Assembly (NCBI GenBank): GCA_964644655.1 | Contig: CAZXYA010000002.1 | Span: 1-55,508 of the forward strand | Source: an uncultured Saprospiraceae bacterium | Lineage (GTDB): Bacteria > Bacteroidota > Bacteroidia > Chitinophagales > Saprospiraceae | Direction of reading: 5' to 3' | Length of the DNA: 55,508 nucleotides | In this document: piece after piece, positions 39,126 to 48,212 of the stretch | How the letters are laid out: each line of letters starts with the position of its first letter | How positions within the stretch are numbered: position 1 is the first letter of the stretch | The notes under the pieces: model-generated | Told to the model about the DNA's origin: nothing | Database searches by the model: none | Seen by the model: only the letters and a program-made list of their open reading frames with translations | Position numbers and translations under genes: made by a program

Positions 39126-40006
39126 ACATTTTAATTATCGGAGCGACAGGGTTATTAGGAAATAGGTTATCTCTTGAATTAGCCAAAAACAATAGAATTT
39201 GGGGCATTTCCAGAACTAAAAACGATATTTTCTTACATGAAAATATAAATCTAATAGAAGAAGATTTAAGAAATTTGGATTATAACTCCTTACCCAAAAA
39301 TATAGATACAATATATTATGTTGCTCAATCTAGGGCCTTTCGAGATTTTCCAAATGGTGCAGAAGACATGTTTCAGATAAATGTTGCCACTCCCTTAAAG
39401 CTTATTGATTGGGCAATCAATAACAAAGTGAAGCAGTTTATTTATGCTTCTAGTGGAGGAGTCTATAGCAATCCAACTCAACCTGTAAAAGAATTCTTTC
39501 AAGTTAATGCAAATGATGTTATTGGATTTTATTTATCTTCAAAACTATCAGCAGAAGTTCTATTAAGGAATTATTTTAAATACTTTGAGACTTTTATTAT
39601 AGCTCGTCCATTCTTCATTTATGGTCCAAGACAAGAATCAAATATGTTGCTTCCTAGACTTATAAAAAATGTTGAAGAAGGCATTCCGCTTAAATTAAAT
39701 GGGAAAGAAGGAATCAAAATCAATCCAATTTATGTAGATGATGCTGCACTAGCTTTTTCCAAATTAATAGCTTTGAAAGGAAATCATATAATCAACATAG
39801 CAGGCAAAGAAATAGTATCTCTTAAACAACTTGGCGAGATTATTGGAAAAGTAATCGACAAAAAACCTATGTTTAAAATAGTAGAGCAAAAATCAAATGA
39901 CTTGGTTGCAGATATTTCACTAATGGAAACTAAATTATGCTTACCTAAAGTTTCCTTGAGGGAGGGACTTAAAAGTACCTATAGGTCATTGATAAATACA
40001 CCATAA
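39122..40006 (+). CDS. NAD-dependent epimerase/dehydratase (SDR)
   Basis: 294 aa. ILIIGATGLLG, YLSSK (Yx3K). The start overlaps the upstream stop (ATGA). Confidence 0.7.
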   Translation: MNILIIGATGLLGNRLSLELAKNNRIWGISRTKNDIFLHENINLIEEDLRNLDYNSLPKNIDTIYYVAQSRAFRDFPNGAEDMFQINVATPLKLIDWAINNKVKQFIYASSGGVYSNPTQPVKEFFQVNANDVIGFYLSSKLSAEVLLRNYFKYFETFIIARPFFIYGPRQESNMLLPRLIKNVEEGIPLKLNGKEGIKINPIYVDDAALAFSKLIALKGNHIINIAGKEIVSLKQLGEIIGKVIDKKPMFKIVEQKSNDLVADISLMETKLCLPKVSLREGLKSTYRSLINTP

Positions 40007-40320
40007 AAAGAAAGAAGTCTCGGATCACACTCTCAAACAACTTCAAAGCTTAAATAAAAATTAGTTGCTAAAATTATAGGCAAGTTTATCAAAGCAATTT
40101 TCTTTAGACAATGATAAGAACTCAGATACTGCTATGATTTATAGCATGAGTTTTCAACAAAAATGCTTCCAAAACATAAAGTTTTAGGAGCATTAAATTT
40201 TTTGGATAACAGCGAATATAATTGTAATTTTTTTCTAACTAATAGTAGACAATAATAATACCTTCTTTTTATCAATTTTAAATCTGATTATTAAAAATCA
40301 ATTAATGTTAAGTGTGACAT

Positions 40321-41484
40321 ATGTTCAGAAATAAAAAAAGTATTATTTTTATTAGACCAGATTATCATTGTAGTTTTTTTTATAGAAATGAATTAAGAAA
40401 ACTCGGTTGGAAAGCAGACATTTATGCACCTTGGGACTATCCAACTAATTTTCTTTACTCCGAAAATGATATATTAAGACCTCCCTTTATTAAAGGTAAG
40501 TTTGATAGGGTAAAATGGATTAATCATTTTTTTTCAATAATATGGCTTTTCCTAAATTGTTGGCGTTATAAGTATTTTTCTTATTATGGTCCGCCACCTG
40601 TTTTTACTTTTTTTGAAAACAAATTAGGGTTAACAAAATTATTTGGAAAAGATTTTTTAATTGAACTTTGGCTCATTAAACTTTTCGGAGGAATTCTAAT
40701 ATATTCTCCTACTGGTTGTAAAGAAGAAGAGTCAAAAGAAAATTTCTCTAAGCTTGACAATGGTCATGTATGTGCTAACTGTGGAATTTTTGAGCAATGT
40801 AACGACAAAAAGAATAACTTAAAATTTAGTTTTGTCAGGCGCTATTTTTCCATGGGAGTAGGATGGGATCCCTTACCAACTACTCAATATGACAACACCC
40901 ATTTCAAGTATAAATGCATAGATCTGAGCCTTTGGAACAGTAATATAGCTATTCCAGAGAAATATAAATTACCTGCTACTGATAAGATAAGAATATTACA
41001 TTCATTTGTGCCCTCTGGTCGATTAGCGAATGGTAAAAATATAAAAGGGTCCCAATACGTTTTGGAGGCCGTAGATCGGCTAAAGAAAGAGGGATATCCT
41101 GTTGAATATACTTTTTTTTCCAAAAAGAAATCAAATATTATGAGGTTTTACCAAGTTCAGGCAGACATTGTGGTAGAACAACTAATATATGGATGGTGGG
41201 GATCTACTGGTGTTGAAACAATGGCTCTAGGCAAGCCAGTAATTTGTTATTTAAGAAAAGAATGGAAAGATTTTTTCTTCCAAACATTTCCTGAATATAA
41301 CGAAGAGTTACCAATTATTGAAGCAAATAAAAATACAGTCTATCAAAAACTTAAGGAACTAGTAGAAGATGAAAGAGCTCGAAAAATAGCAGGGGATAAA
41401 TCAAGGAAATTTGCAGAGAAGCATTTTAATCCTCAAAAAAATGCGGAACAACTGCAAGAATTATTATTAAACCTTAATAAATAG
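40321..41484 (+). CDS. GT-B fold glycosyltransferase; paralog C, with Cys-cluster insert
   Basis: 387 aa. ILHSFVPSGRLANGKNIKGSQYV and IVVEQLIYGWWGSTGVETMALGKPVICYL parallel paralogs A and B. Unique insert GCKEEESKENFSKLDNGHVCANCGIFEQC (C-x17-C-x2-C-x5-C). Confidence 0.55.
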   Translation: MFRNKKSIIFIRPDYHCSFFYRNELRKLGWKADIYAPWDYPTNFLYSENDILRPPFIKGKFDRVKWINHFFSIIWLFLNCWRYKYFSYYGPPPVFTFFENKLGLTKLFGKDFLIELWLIKLFGGILIYSPTGCKEEESKENFSKLDNGHVCANCGIFEQCNDKKNNLKFSFVRRYFSMGVGWDPLPTTQYDNTHFKYKCIDLSLWNSNIAIPEKYKLPATDKIRILHSFVPSGRLANGKNIKGSQYVLEAVDRLKKEGYPVEYTFFSKKKSNIMRFYQVQADIVVEQLIYGWWGSTGVETMALGKPVICYLRKEWKDFFFQTFPEYNEELPIIEANKNTVYQKLKELVEDERARKIAGDKSRKFAEKHFNPQKNAEQLQELLLNLNK

Positions 41485-41502
41485 GCATTTGTTTATAAAT
41501 CT

Positions 41503-41530
41503 CATACCATCTCCTTTCAAAGGAGGTATG
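41503..41530 (+). terminator. Hairpin just downstream of paralog C (terminator candidate, no U-tract)
   Basis: catac/gtatg (5 bp) plus ctcctt/aaggag (6 bp), with a 3-nt bulge and a 3-nt loop, read directly. Confidence 0.3.
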
Positions 41531-41820
41531 AAATTAAAAATTAAGGAATTAGTCAAAAATACTTCAGCCGAAAAAACCCAGCCAAAGAGTAAGAATATAA
41601 ATCTATTAGAGCTTGTTCGAGTTTATTTTTGGAGATAAAAAAGATATATTTACTCCTCTGATAGTATCAAATTTCTTTGGAATAACCAAATATAGTGATT
41701 ACTAATAAATTTGAGAAAATCAGGGCAAAAAAGGTGTTTTAGCCCAATGGATAAACTCCCATCAAGCTCTTAAATCAATATTCCTAAGTTTTATTACTTA
41801 ACAATTTTAAAAATTTTCAC

Positions 41821-43791
41821 ATGTGTGGAATTTTAGGAGTGATTAACCTTACTAATAATCGTTCATTTAATACTTCTAAGATATTTAGAATGGCAGATGC
41901 CATGAATCACCGCGGACCAGACGGCGATGGATTTCTATTTGTTGGGCAACAGGACTTTGAAAAAGAACTGAATATTGCTAACAGCAGAAAAAATACCTTC
42001 TCTTTTATGCAAAAGCATAAAAACCCTTTTGTATTCGCACACAAACGATTGTCTATTATCGATTTATCTACGAGTGCGTTTCAGCCAATGGCAGATGTAC
42101 GGAAGAAAGTATGGATAATATTTAATGGGGAAATCTACAATCATGCTGAAATTAGAGCAGAACTAAAAGACAAGGGTTATGCCTTTAATACAAGTCATTC
42201 AGATACAGAAACGATTCTTAATGCCTATTTAGAGTGGGGAATAGAAGCTATCCAAAAATTTCGAGGCATGTTTGCCTTTGCGCTCTGGGATAGTCGAAAG
42301 GATGAATTTTTCTTAGTAAGAGATAAAATTGGAATCAAACCACTTTACTTCACTCAACAAAACGGTCAATTATATTTCGCTAGTGAAATTAAGGCAATTA
42401 TAACGGATGAAACCATCAAGAAAAAACCTAATTATAAAGGGATCTATGATTACTTAAGTTTTCTTGCAATTCCTGCACCTGAAACTTTTTACGAGGGTAT
42501 ATACAAAATTCCAGCGGGGCATTATATTCACATCAAAAATAGAAATGTTAGTCAGCCTATAGAATATTGGGATGTATTTGATAATGTTAAAATGATGGAA
42601 AAAGAGTCGGAGGAAGAAATTAGAGAGCAATTATTAACAAATTTAAAAACTGCCGTAAAATATAGAATGGTTGCAGACGTCCCTGTAGGGGTTTTTCTTT
42701 CGGGCGGAATAGATTCAAGTGCCAATGCCACTTTATTTAGTCAGATTGCCAATAAACCAATCAAAACCTTTACAATTGGTTATAAAAATGATGATAAATA
42801 TAAGAGTTATACCAACGAGTTTAAATATGCGCAAAAAATAGCAAAGAATATTAAAAGTGAGCATTTTGAATTAAAGTTAACACAAAAGGATTTATTAGAT
42901 TTTTTACCAGATTTAGTTCATTATCAAGATGAGCCCATTGCTGACCCAGTATGTTTACCAGTGTATTTTGTTTCTAAATTAGCAAGGGATAATGGTGTGA
43001 CTGTCTGTCAAGTAGGTGAAGGAAGTGATGAGTTATTTTGGGGATATAAACATTGGAAAGATATGTTATCCTTACAAAATTTAAACCAATTACCAATTCC
43101 TAACTTATTCAAACAAACAGGGTTAAAAGGGCTTAAATTTGCAGGTTTAGATAAAACTTTTCCTTATGAAATTCTCCGAAGAGCCACCTCTAAAGAACCC
43201 ATTTTCTGGTCAGGTATATCTGCTTTTGGAGAACATGAAAAACAGCAATTAATCAACCATGAGTTTTCAAAAAACCTCAATGGACATCAAACATCAGATA
43301 CTATCCTCAAACTTTATCAGCAATATCAAGAAAGAACTAAAGAACATTCCTTTATTAATTGGATGGCATATGTCAATTTAAAAATTCGGCTACCCGAATT
43401 ATTACTCATGCGCGTGGATAAAATGGCTATGGCTGTTTCTTTAGAAGCTAGAGTACCATTTTTAGATCATAAATTTGTAGAGTTTGCGATGGGAATACCT
43501 GCAGCCTTAAAAACTAAAAATAAAGTCAGTAAGTACATCTTAAAAAAAACAGTTGAAGGCGTATTACCAAACGATATTATTTATAGAAAAAAACAAGGGT
43601 TTGGTGTCCCTGTTTATGAATGGTTCATGGATGATCTAGGAAAAGTGTCAAAAGAAAAAATCAATAACTTTAATAAAAGAACAGGTTTATTTGATTCTAA
43701 TATGTTAGAGCATTTATATCGTAAAAACGAAGGAAATAAAGTATGGTATTTATTAAATTTTGTAATGTGGTGGGAAGCAAATTTGAATTAA
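41821..43791 (+). CDS. Asparagine synthase (glutamine-hydrolysing)-type amidotransferase, copy 2
   Basis: 656 aa. MCGILG nucleophile, HKRLSIIDL, PP-loop SGGIDSSA. Confidence 0.85.
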   Translation: MCGILGVINLTNNRSFNTSKIFRMADAMNHRGPDGDGFLFVGQQDFEKELNIANSRKNTFSFMQKHKNPFVFAHKRLSIIDLSTSAFQPMADVRKKVWIIFNGEIYNHAEIRAELKDKGYAFNTSHSDTETILNAYLEWGIEAIQKFRGMFAFALWDSRKDEFFLVRDKIGIKPLYFTQQNGQLYFASEIKAIITDETIKKKPNYKGIYDYLSFLAIPAPETFYEGIYKIPAGHYIHIKNRNVSQPIEYWDVFDNVKMMEKESEEEIREQLLTNLKTAVKYRMVADVPVGVFLSGGIDSSANATLFSQIANKPIKTFTIGYKNDDKYKSYTNEFKYAQKIAKNIKSEHFELKLTQKDLLDFLPDLVHYQDEPIADPVCLPVYFVSKLARDNGVTVCQVGEGSDELFWGYKHWKDMLSLQNLNQLPIPNLFKQTGLKGLKFAGLDKTFPYEILRRATSKEPIFWSGISAFGEHEKQQLINHEFSKNLNGHQTSDTILKLYQQYQERTKEHSFINWMAYVNLKIRLPELLLMRVDKMAMAVSLEARVPFLDHKFVEFAMGIPAALKTKNKVSKYILKKTVEGVLPNDIIYRKKQGFGVPVYEWFMDDLGKVSKEKINNFNKRTGLFDSNMLEHLYRKNEGNKVWYLLNFVMWWEANLN

Positions 43792-43832
43792 TCACAAACC
43801 TAAAGTGTAAATTAACCTAAAAAAAGAAATTC

Positions 43833-44546
43833 ATGAATAAAATTCAAGCAATAAGAAAAGCGAAATATTACTTATATAAGTCTAATATTCATCGGTTAAT
43901 TCCCTCTGGGAAATTAAATTTTATGGGACATTTTTCCATGTTATCCGAATGGATTAAAGACCAAAAGGATTTAAAATACACTACCTTTCCTCAAAAAAAA
44001 TTCAATTATGATAATAGATACAATTTGTATAATTATCTCGTAGAACATGAAATTAAAAATGAACCCATTGATTTTTTAGAATTTGGTGTTTCTAGAGGTA
44101 GTTCTTTTAGATGGTGGGTAAAAAATGTTAAACACAAAGATGCTTTTTTTTATGGCTTTGATACTTTTACTGGGCTTCCAGAAGATTGGGGTACCTTCAA
44201 AAAAGGCGCAATGTCAAATGGAAATGAACCTCCAAAAATAGAAGATACCCGCCACAAATTTTATCAAGGACTTTTTCAAGATACGCTTTATACTTTTTTG
44301 GACAATTATCAAGTTAACAAAAGAAAGGTAATTCATTTAGATGCTGACTTATATTCTTCAACGCTATTTATTTTAACCACCATTTCTCCTTTTTTAAGAA
44401 AGGGTGACATTTTATTGTTCGATGAATTCAACGTACCCCTCCATGAATTTAAAGCATTTAAGGAATGGGTAGAATCTTTTTACATCAATTATTCAGTCAT
44501 TGGCGAAGTCAATAATTATTTTCAGGTTGCCATTAAAATTGTATAG
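43833..44546 (+). CDS. TylF/MycF/NovP-related SAM-dependent O-methyltransferase
   Basis: 237 aa. EFGVSRGSSFRWW, GFDTFTGLPEDW and HLDADLYSSTLFIL...GDILLFDE match the macrocin-O-methyltransferase family pattern. Confidence 0.65.
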   Translation: MNKIQAIRKAKYYLYKSNIHRLIPSGKLNFMGHFSMLSEWIKDQKDLKYTTFPQKKFNYDNRYNLYNYLVEHEIKNEPIDFLEFGVSRGSSFRWWVKNVKHKDAFFYGFDTFTGLPEDWGTFKKGAMSNGNEPPKIEDTRHKFYQGLFQDTLYTFLDNYQVNKRKVIHLDADLYSSTLFILTTISPFLRKGDILLFDEFNVPLHEFKAFKEWVESFYINYSVIGEVNNYFQVAIKIV

Positions 44547-44595
44547 AAAGGTTTATATAGTGGTGTTTACCCTAAATAAAATCATATGACAAAAT

Positions 44596-46887
44596 TTGAG
44601 TGCTGAGAATCAAAGTGTGTCCCGATTCAAATTCAAAATTCGTCATTCAGAATTAAGTCTAATGATTATTGAAAAAATTAAATATCTTTCGAATTTACCT
44701 CCTAAAGTAATTGCAAAAAAAATTTCCAATTTAGCTGTACAAAAGTTAAAAAACATTCAATTAAAAAAGAACGCGACCCACTCTGAGCGAAGAATTAAGA
44801 CAATCTCCAATATTTCCTATTCTTACCTAAATATCCGTGATTTAGAGATTCAAAAAATCCAACCGAAAACTATTGCTTATCTCATTAAAATGTATTCAAG
44901 TCATCGATTCAATTTGTTAGGAAGCGGTTGGGTTGATGTTGGTTATCAGGTCATAGCACCAGGTTTAGAAGATTATCGTTTCGAGATGAATTTGGAATTA
45001 CCAACCTTCAATCAAACCGAAAATTGGTTAGAAAAAGTAGTAGCTCCAGCGCATTTAGCCACATCCAAGAAGTACTGGGCAGAGGTGATTAAAACCTATC
45101 CAGATTATCAACCGATAGATTGGCAGAAGGATTTTAAAAGTGGCTTCAGATGGAATGCCCAACAATGGTATAAAGAACAAATTGGATTAATGGGATATCG
45201 GCCAGGGGTAGATTTGAAAGTACCCTGGGAATTATCTCGACTTCAACATTTACCTCAAATGGCTATTTTTGCAAAGGTAAATTCCATTGAGAAAAACCAA
45301 TTAGTCAAGGAATTCAAATGTCAAACACTAGATTTCTTCGCTACAAATCCAGTAGGAATGGGAGTTAATTATGCTTGTGCTATGGATGTGGGAATTAGGG
45401 CAGCAAATCTTTGTTTGGCATATGATTTATTCAATCAACTAGATGACAGCAATATTTTAGATCAAGCCTTTAAACAAATATTCGCCCAAAATATATTTAT
45501 GCACGGTCAACATATTTTGGAAGATTTAGAGTATAAAGAAGGGCTTACTAGTAATCATTATTTAGGCAATATTACAGGATTGTTATTTATTGCGGCCTAC
45601 TTACCTAACACGTCTGTAACTGAACAATGGCTCGTATTTTCCATCCAAGAGCTAATTGTAAATATGGATAGGCAATTTTTTGAAGATGGTGGAAATTTTG
45701 AGGCATCAACTAGTTATCATCGACTAAGTGGAGAAATGATGGTTTTTGCTACCGCCTTAGTTTTAGGGTTACCTGAAGATAAACGAAAGGTTTTGAATAA
45801 CTATTCTAATAAAAATTGGAAAGAAAAGTCAGTTTTATTACCACTAGAAAAACAACTCTACGAGTCAACAAATCCACTCATTTTTTCAGATTTTTTCCTA
45901 CAAAAATTATATAAAATTGGTTATTTTGGATTAGGAATCAGAAAAAATAGTGGTGCTATACCACAGTTTGGGGATAATGATAGTGGTAGATTCTTTCGGC
46001 TTTCTCCTAATGGAGTATTCTTAAGTCAGCAGCAAGCAATTGATAAATATTTTAATCTGCAAAATTACAACAAGCAATATAAGGATGTATTATTTTGGGA
46101 TGAAGATGATTTAAATACAGACACCTTCTTGGCGAGTATGGCAGGGCTTTTTCCATCATCAATCTTCAAAGAAATGGAACAAAGTTTTCCTCTAGAATTT
46201 AGCCTAACTAAAGGGTTAGCAAAAAGAACAAATTTAACCCCTATTATTCCAATCAAACTAACAAGCACCTATTCTACAACAAAATTAGCAAGTATGGATT
46301 TTTCTACTTATGCATACTCGCAAAAAATAGAATTAGGAAAAGACAAAACCCAAAATACTAGTACTTATGATAAGAATTTAGAAATAAAAATTTTTCCTGA
46401 TTTTCAAATATATATCTTTCAGTCCGCTCGAATTTATTTAGCTATCGGAGGTATCAGCAATCCAAAACAGCAATCTACTGGCTCTCATGTTCACAATGAT
46501 GCATTATCCATAGAATTAGCAATTGATGGGCAGGATTTAATTGTAGATCCTGGTACTTATCTATATACTCCAATACCTAAACATCGTATTACTTTTCGTT
46601 CTACAGAAGTTCACAATACGCTTATTGTAGAAAATATCGAACAAAATAAATTCATTGGAGGTAAAATTGGGTTATTTTCAGTAAGTCAAGATACCAAAAT
46701 TGAGTTGGTAGAAGTTACTAAAAATAGTATTACGCTTCGGTTAAAATATGGGCGAATAGATCAAATCAGGAAAGTCACCATTGGTGAAGCGGAAATATTT
46801 ATTGAAGATTATTCAAATGTACCATTCAAACAATATTTCAATTATTTTGATTTATATTCCAATGGGTACGGAAAAAGGCTAAATTAA
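44596..46887 (+). CDS. Heparinase II/III family (alginate-lyase-like toroid plus beta-sandwich) protein
   Basis: 763 aa from TTG 44596; the ATG at 44662 is the likelier start. DWQKDFKSGFRW, PWELSRLQHLPQM, SNHYLGNITGLLF, and the C-terminal HVHNDALSIELAIDGQDLIVDPGTYLY typical of the Hepar_II_III domain. Confidence 0.7.
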   Translation: MSAENQSVSRFKFKIRHSELSLMIIEKIKYLSNLPPKVIAKKISNLAVQKLKNIQLKKNATHSERRIKTISNISYSYLNIRDLEIQKIQPKTIAYLIKMYSSHRFNLLGSGWVDVGYQVIAPGLEDYRFEMNLELPTFNQTENWLEKVVAPAHLATSKKYWAEVIKTYPDYQPIDWQKDFKSGFRWNAQQWYKEQIGLMGYRPGVDLKVPWELSRLQHLPQMAIFAKVNSIEKNQLVKEFKCQTLDFFATNPVGMGVNYACAMDVGIRAANLCLAYDLFNQLDDSNILDQAFKQIFAQNIFMHGQHILEDLEYKEGLTSNHYLGNITGLLFIAAYLPNTSVTEQWLVFSIQELIVNMDRQFFEDGGNFEASTSYHRLSGEMMVFATALVLGLPEDKRKVLNNYSNKNWKEKSVLLPLEKQLYESTNPLIFSDFFLQKLYKIGYFGLGIRKNSGAIPQFGDNDSGRFFRLSPNGVFLSQQQAIDKYFNLQNYNKQYKDVLFWDEDDLNTDTFLASMAGLFPSSIFKEMEQSFPLEFSLTKGLAKRTNLTPIIPIKLTSTYSTTKLASMDFSTYAYSQKIELGKDKTQNTSTYDKNLEIKIFPDFQIYIFQSARIYLAIGGISNPKQQSTGSHVHNDALSIELAIDGQDLIVDPGTYLYTPIPKHRITFRSTEVHNTLIVENIEQNKFIGGKIGLFSVSQDTKIELVEVTKNSITLRLKYGRIDQIRKVTIGEAEIFIEDYSNVPFKQYFNYFDLYSNGYGKRLN

Positions 46888-48191
46888 TGAGAAAAAAATT
46901 ATTAATCATCACTTATTATTGGCCGCCAGCTGGTGGTGGTGGTGTACAAAGATGGGTGAAGTTTGCTAAATACTTAAGAGAATTTGGATGGGAACCCATT
47001 ATTTACACAGTTTCTAATGGAGAATATCCAGTTATAGATAAAAGTTTAGAAAAAGAAATTCCTTCAGATATAACCACTATTAAAACTCCTATTTGGGAGC
47101 CCTATAGTTTATATAAAAAATTTACGGGTCGAAAAAAAGAAGAACGCGTTTATTCTGGTTTTATTAATGAAAATAAAAGAGAAAGCCTAGCGCAAAAAGC
47201 ATCGGTTTTTATTAGAGGCAATTTCTTTATTCCAGATGCTAGAAAATTTTGGATTTCTCCTTCGATAAAGTATCTGCGAAAATATTTTAAAAAGCATACT
47301 GTAGATGCAATAATTTCTACAGGCCCACCGCATTCGACTCACATGATAGCGCTTGGCATTAAAGAAAAAATAAATATCCCATGGGTTGCAGATTTTAGAG
47401 ACCCTTGGACCAATATTGATTTTTATGACCAATTAAGACTCAGTAAATGGGCAGATAAAAAACATCGAAGATTAGAAAAAGCTGTACTCAAAAAAGCAGA
47501 CAAAGTAGTGACTGTCAGTTGGAGTTGGGCAAAAGATTTTAAGGAAATTAGCGGAAGAAAAGATATTCAAGTGATTACGAATGGTTTTGACGAAGCAGAT
47601 TTTACTAGTGCCCCTCCCCCACTAACTAAGAATTTTACAATTTGCCATGTAGGTTCTATGAATAAAGATAGAAACCCTGTTGTATTGTGGCAAGCACTAT
47701 CTCAATTATTAAAAGAAAAAAACGCTTTAAAAGATGTTTTAGAAATTGTATTAATTGGACAGGTGGATTTTAGTATTCTACAGTCTATTGAGCAGTTTGG
47801 TTTAACACCATATTTAAACAAAATTGATTTTTTACCGCATAAAAAAGTCGTTCATGAACTACGAAAAATGCAGGTATTATTGCTCCCAATTAATAATACG
47901 CCTAATGTAGCGGGGGTTCTACCAGGTAAATTATATGAATATTTAGGGGCTAGAAGACCAATTATTTGCATTGGTCCTTCAGACAGCGATGCTGCAAAAA
48001 TCATTGAAGATACTCAAGGATATATGCATGGGTATACTGATACTCTTGAGCTTGAAAAAACTATTATTCAACTATTCAATAATTTTCAAAAAAATACACT
48101 TAATATTAATACCCAAAAAATTTCACAATTTTCAAGAAAAGAACTTGCCAAGAACTACTGCCTTCAATTGGATCAATTAGTACAACTCTAA
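46887..48191 (+). CDS. Glycosyltransferase family 4
   Basis: 434 aa. LLIITYYWPPAGGGGVQRWVKFAKYL N-domain. C-domain ends with LPGKLYEYLGARRPIICIG. The start overlaps the upstream stop (TAATG). Confidence 0.7.
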   Translation: MRKKLLIITYYWPPAGGGGVQRWVKFAKYLREFGWEPIIYTVSNGEYPVIDKSLEKEIPSDITTIKTPIWEPYSLYKKFTGRKKEERVYSGFINENKRESLAQKASVFIRGNFFIPDARKFWISPSIKYLRKYFKKHTVDAIISTGPPHSTHMIALGIKEKINIPWVADFRDPWTNIDFYDQLRLSKWADKKHRRLEKAVLKKADKVVTVSWSWAKDFKEISGRKDIQVITNGFDEADFTSAPPPLTKNFTICHVGSMNKDRNPVVLWQALSQLLKEKNALKDVLEIVLIGQVDFSILQSIEQFGLTPYLNKIDFLPHKKVVHELRKMQVLLLPINNTPNVAGVLPGKLYEYLGARRPIICIGPSDSDAAKIIEDTQGYMHGYTDTLELEKTIIQLFNNFQKNTLNINTQKISQFSRKELAKNYCLQLDQLVQL

Positions 48192-48212
48192 TCATAATAA
48201 TATTATTTCAAC

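Noticed and set aside
41528-41638. 36-codon ORF (MKLKIKELVKNTSAEKTQPKSKNINLLELVRVYFWR) preceded by AGGAGG
   Set aside because: The AGGAGG is part of the hairpin downstream of the preceding gene. Bacteroidota generally do not rely on Shine-Dalgarno pairing, and the peptide has no recognisable features.
47971-48180. Track ORFs 47187..47432 (-), 47971..48180 (+), 46065..46268 (-), 50621..50812 (-), 52580..52816 (-) and 54320..54709 (+)
   Set aside because: They are out-of-frame or antisense ORFs inside the confidently assigned GT4, heparinase-like, SGNH-like, YfhO-like and S8 genes.
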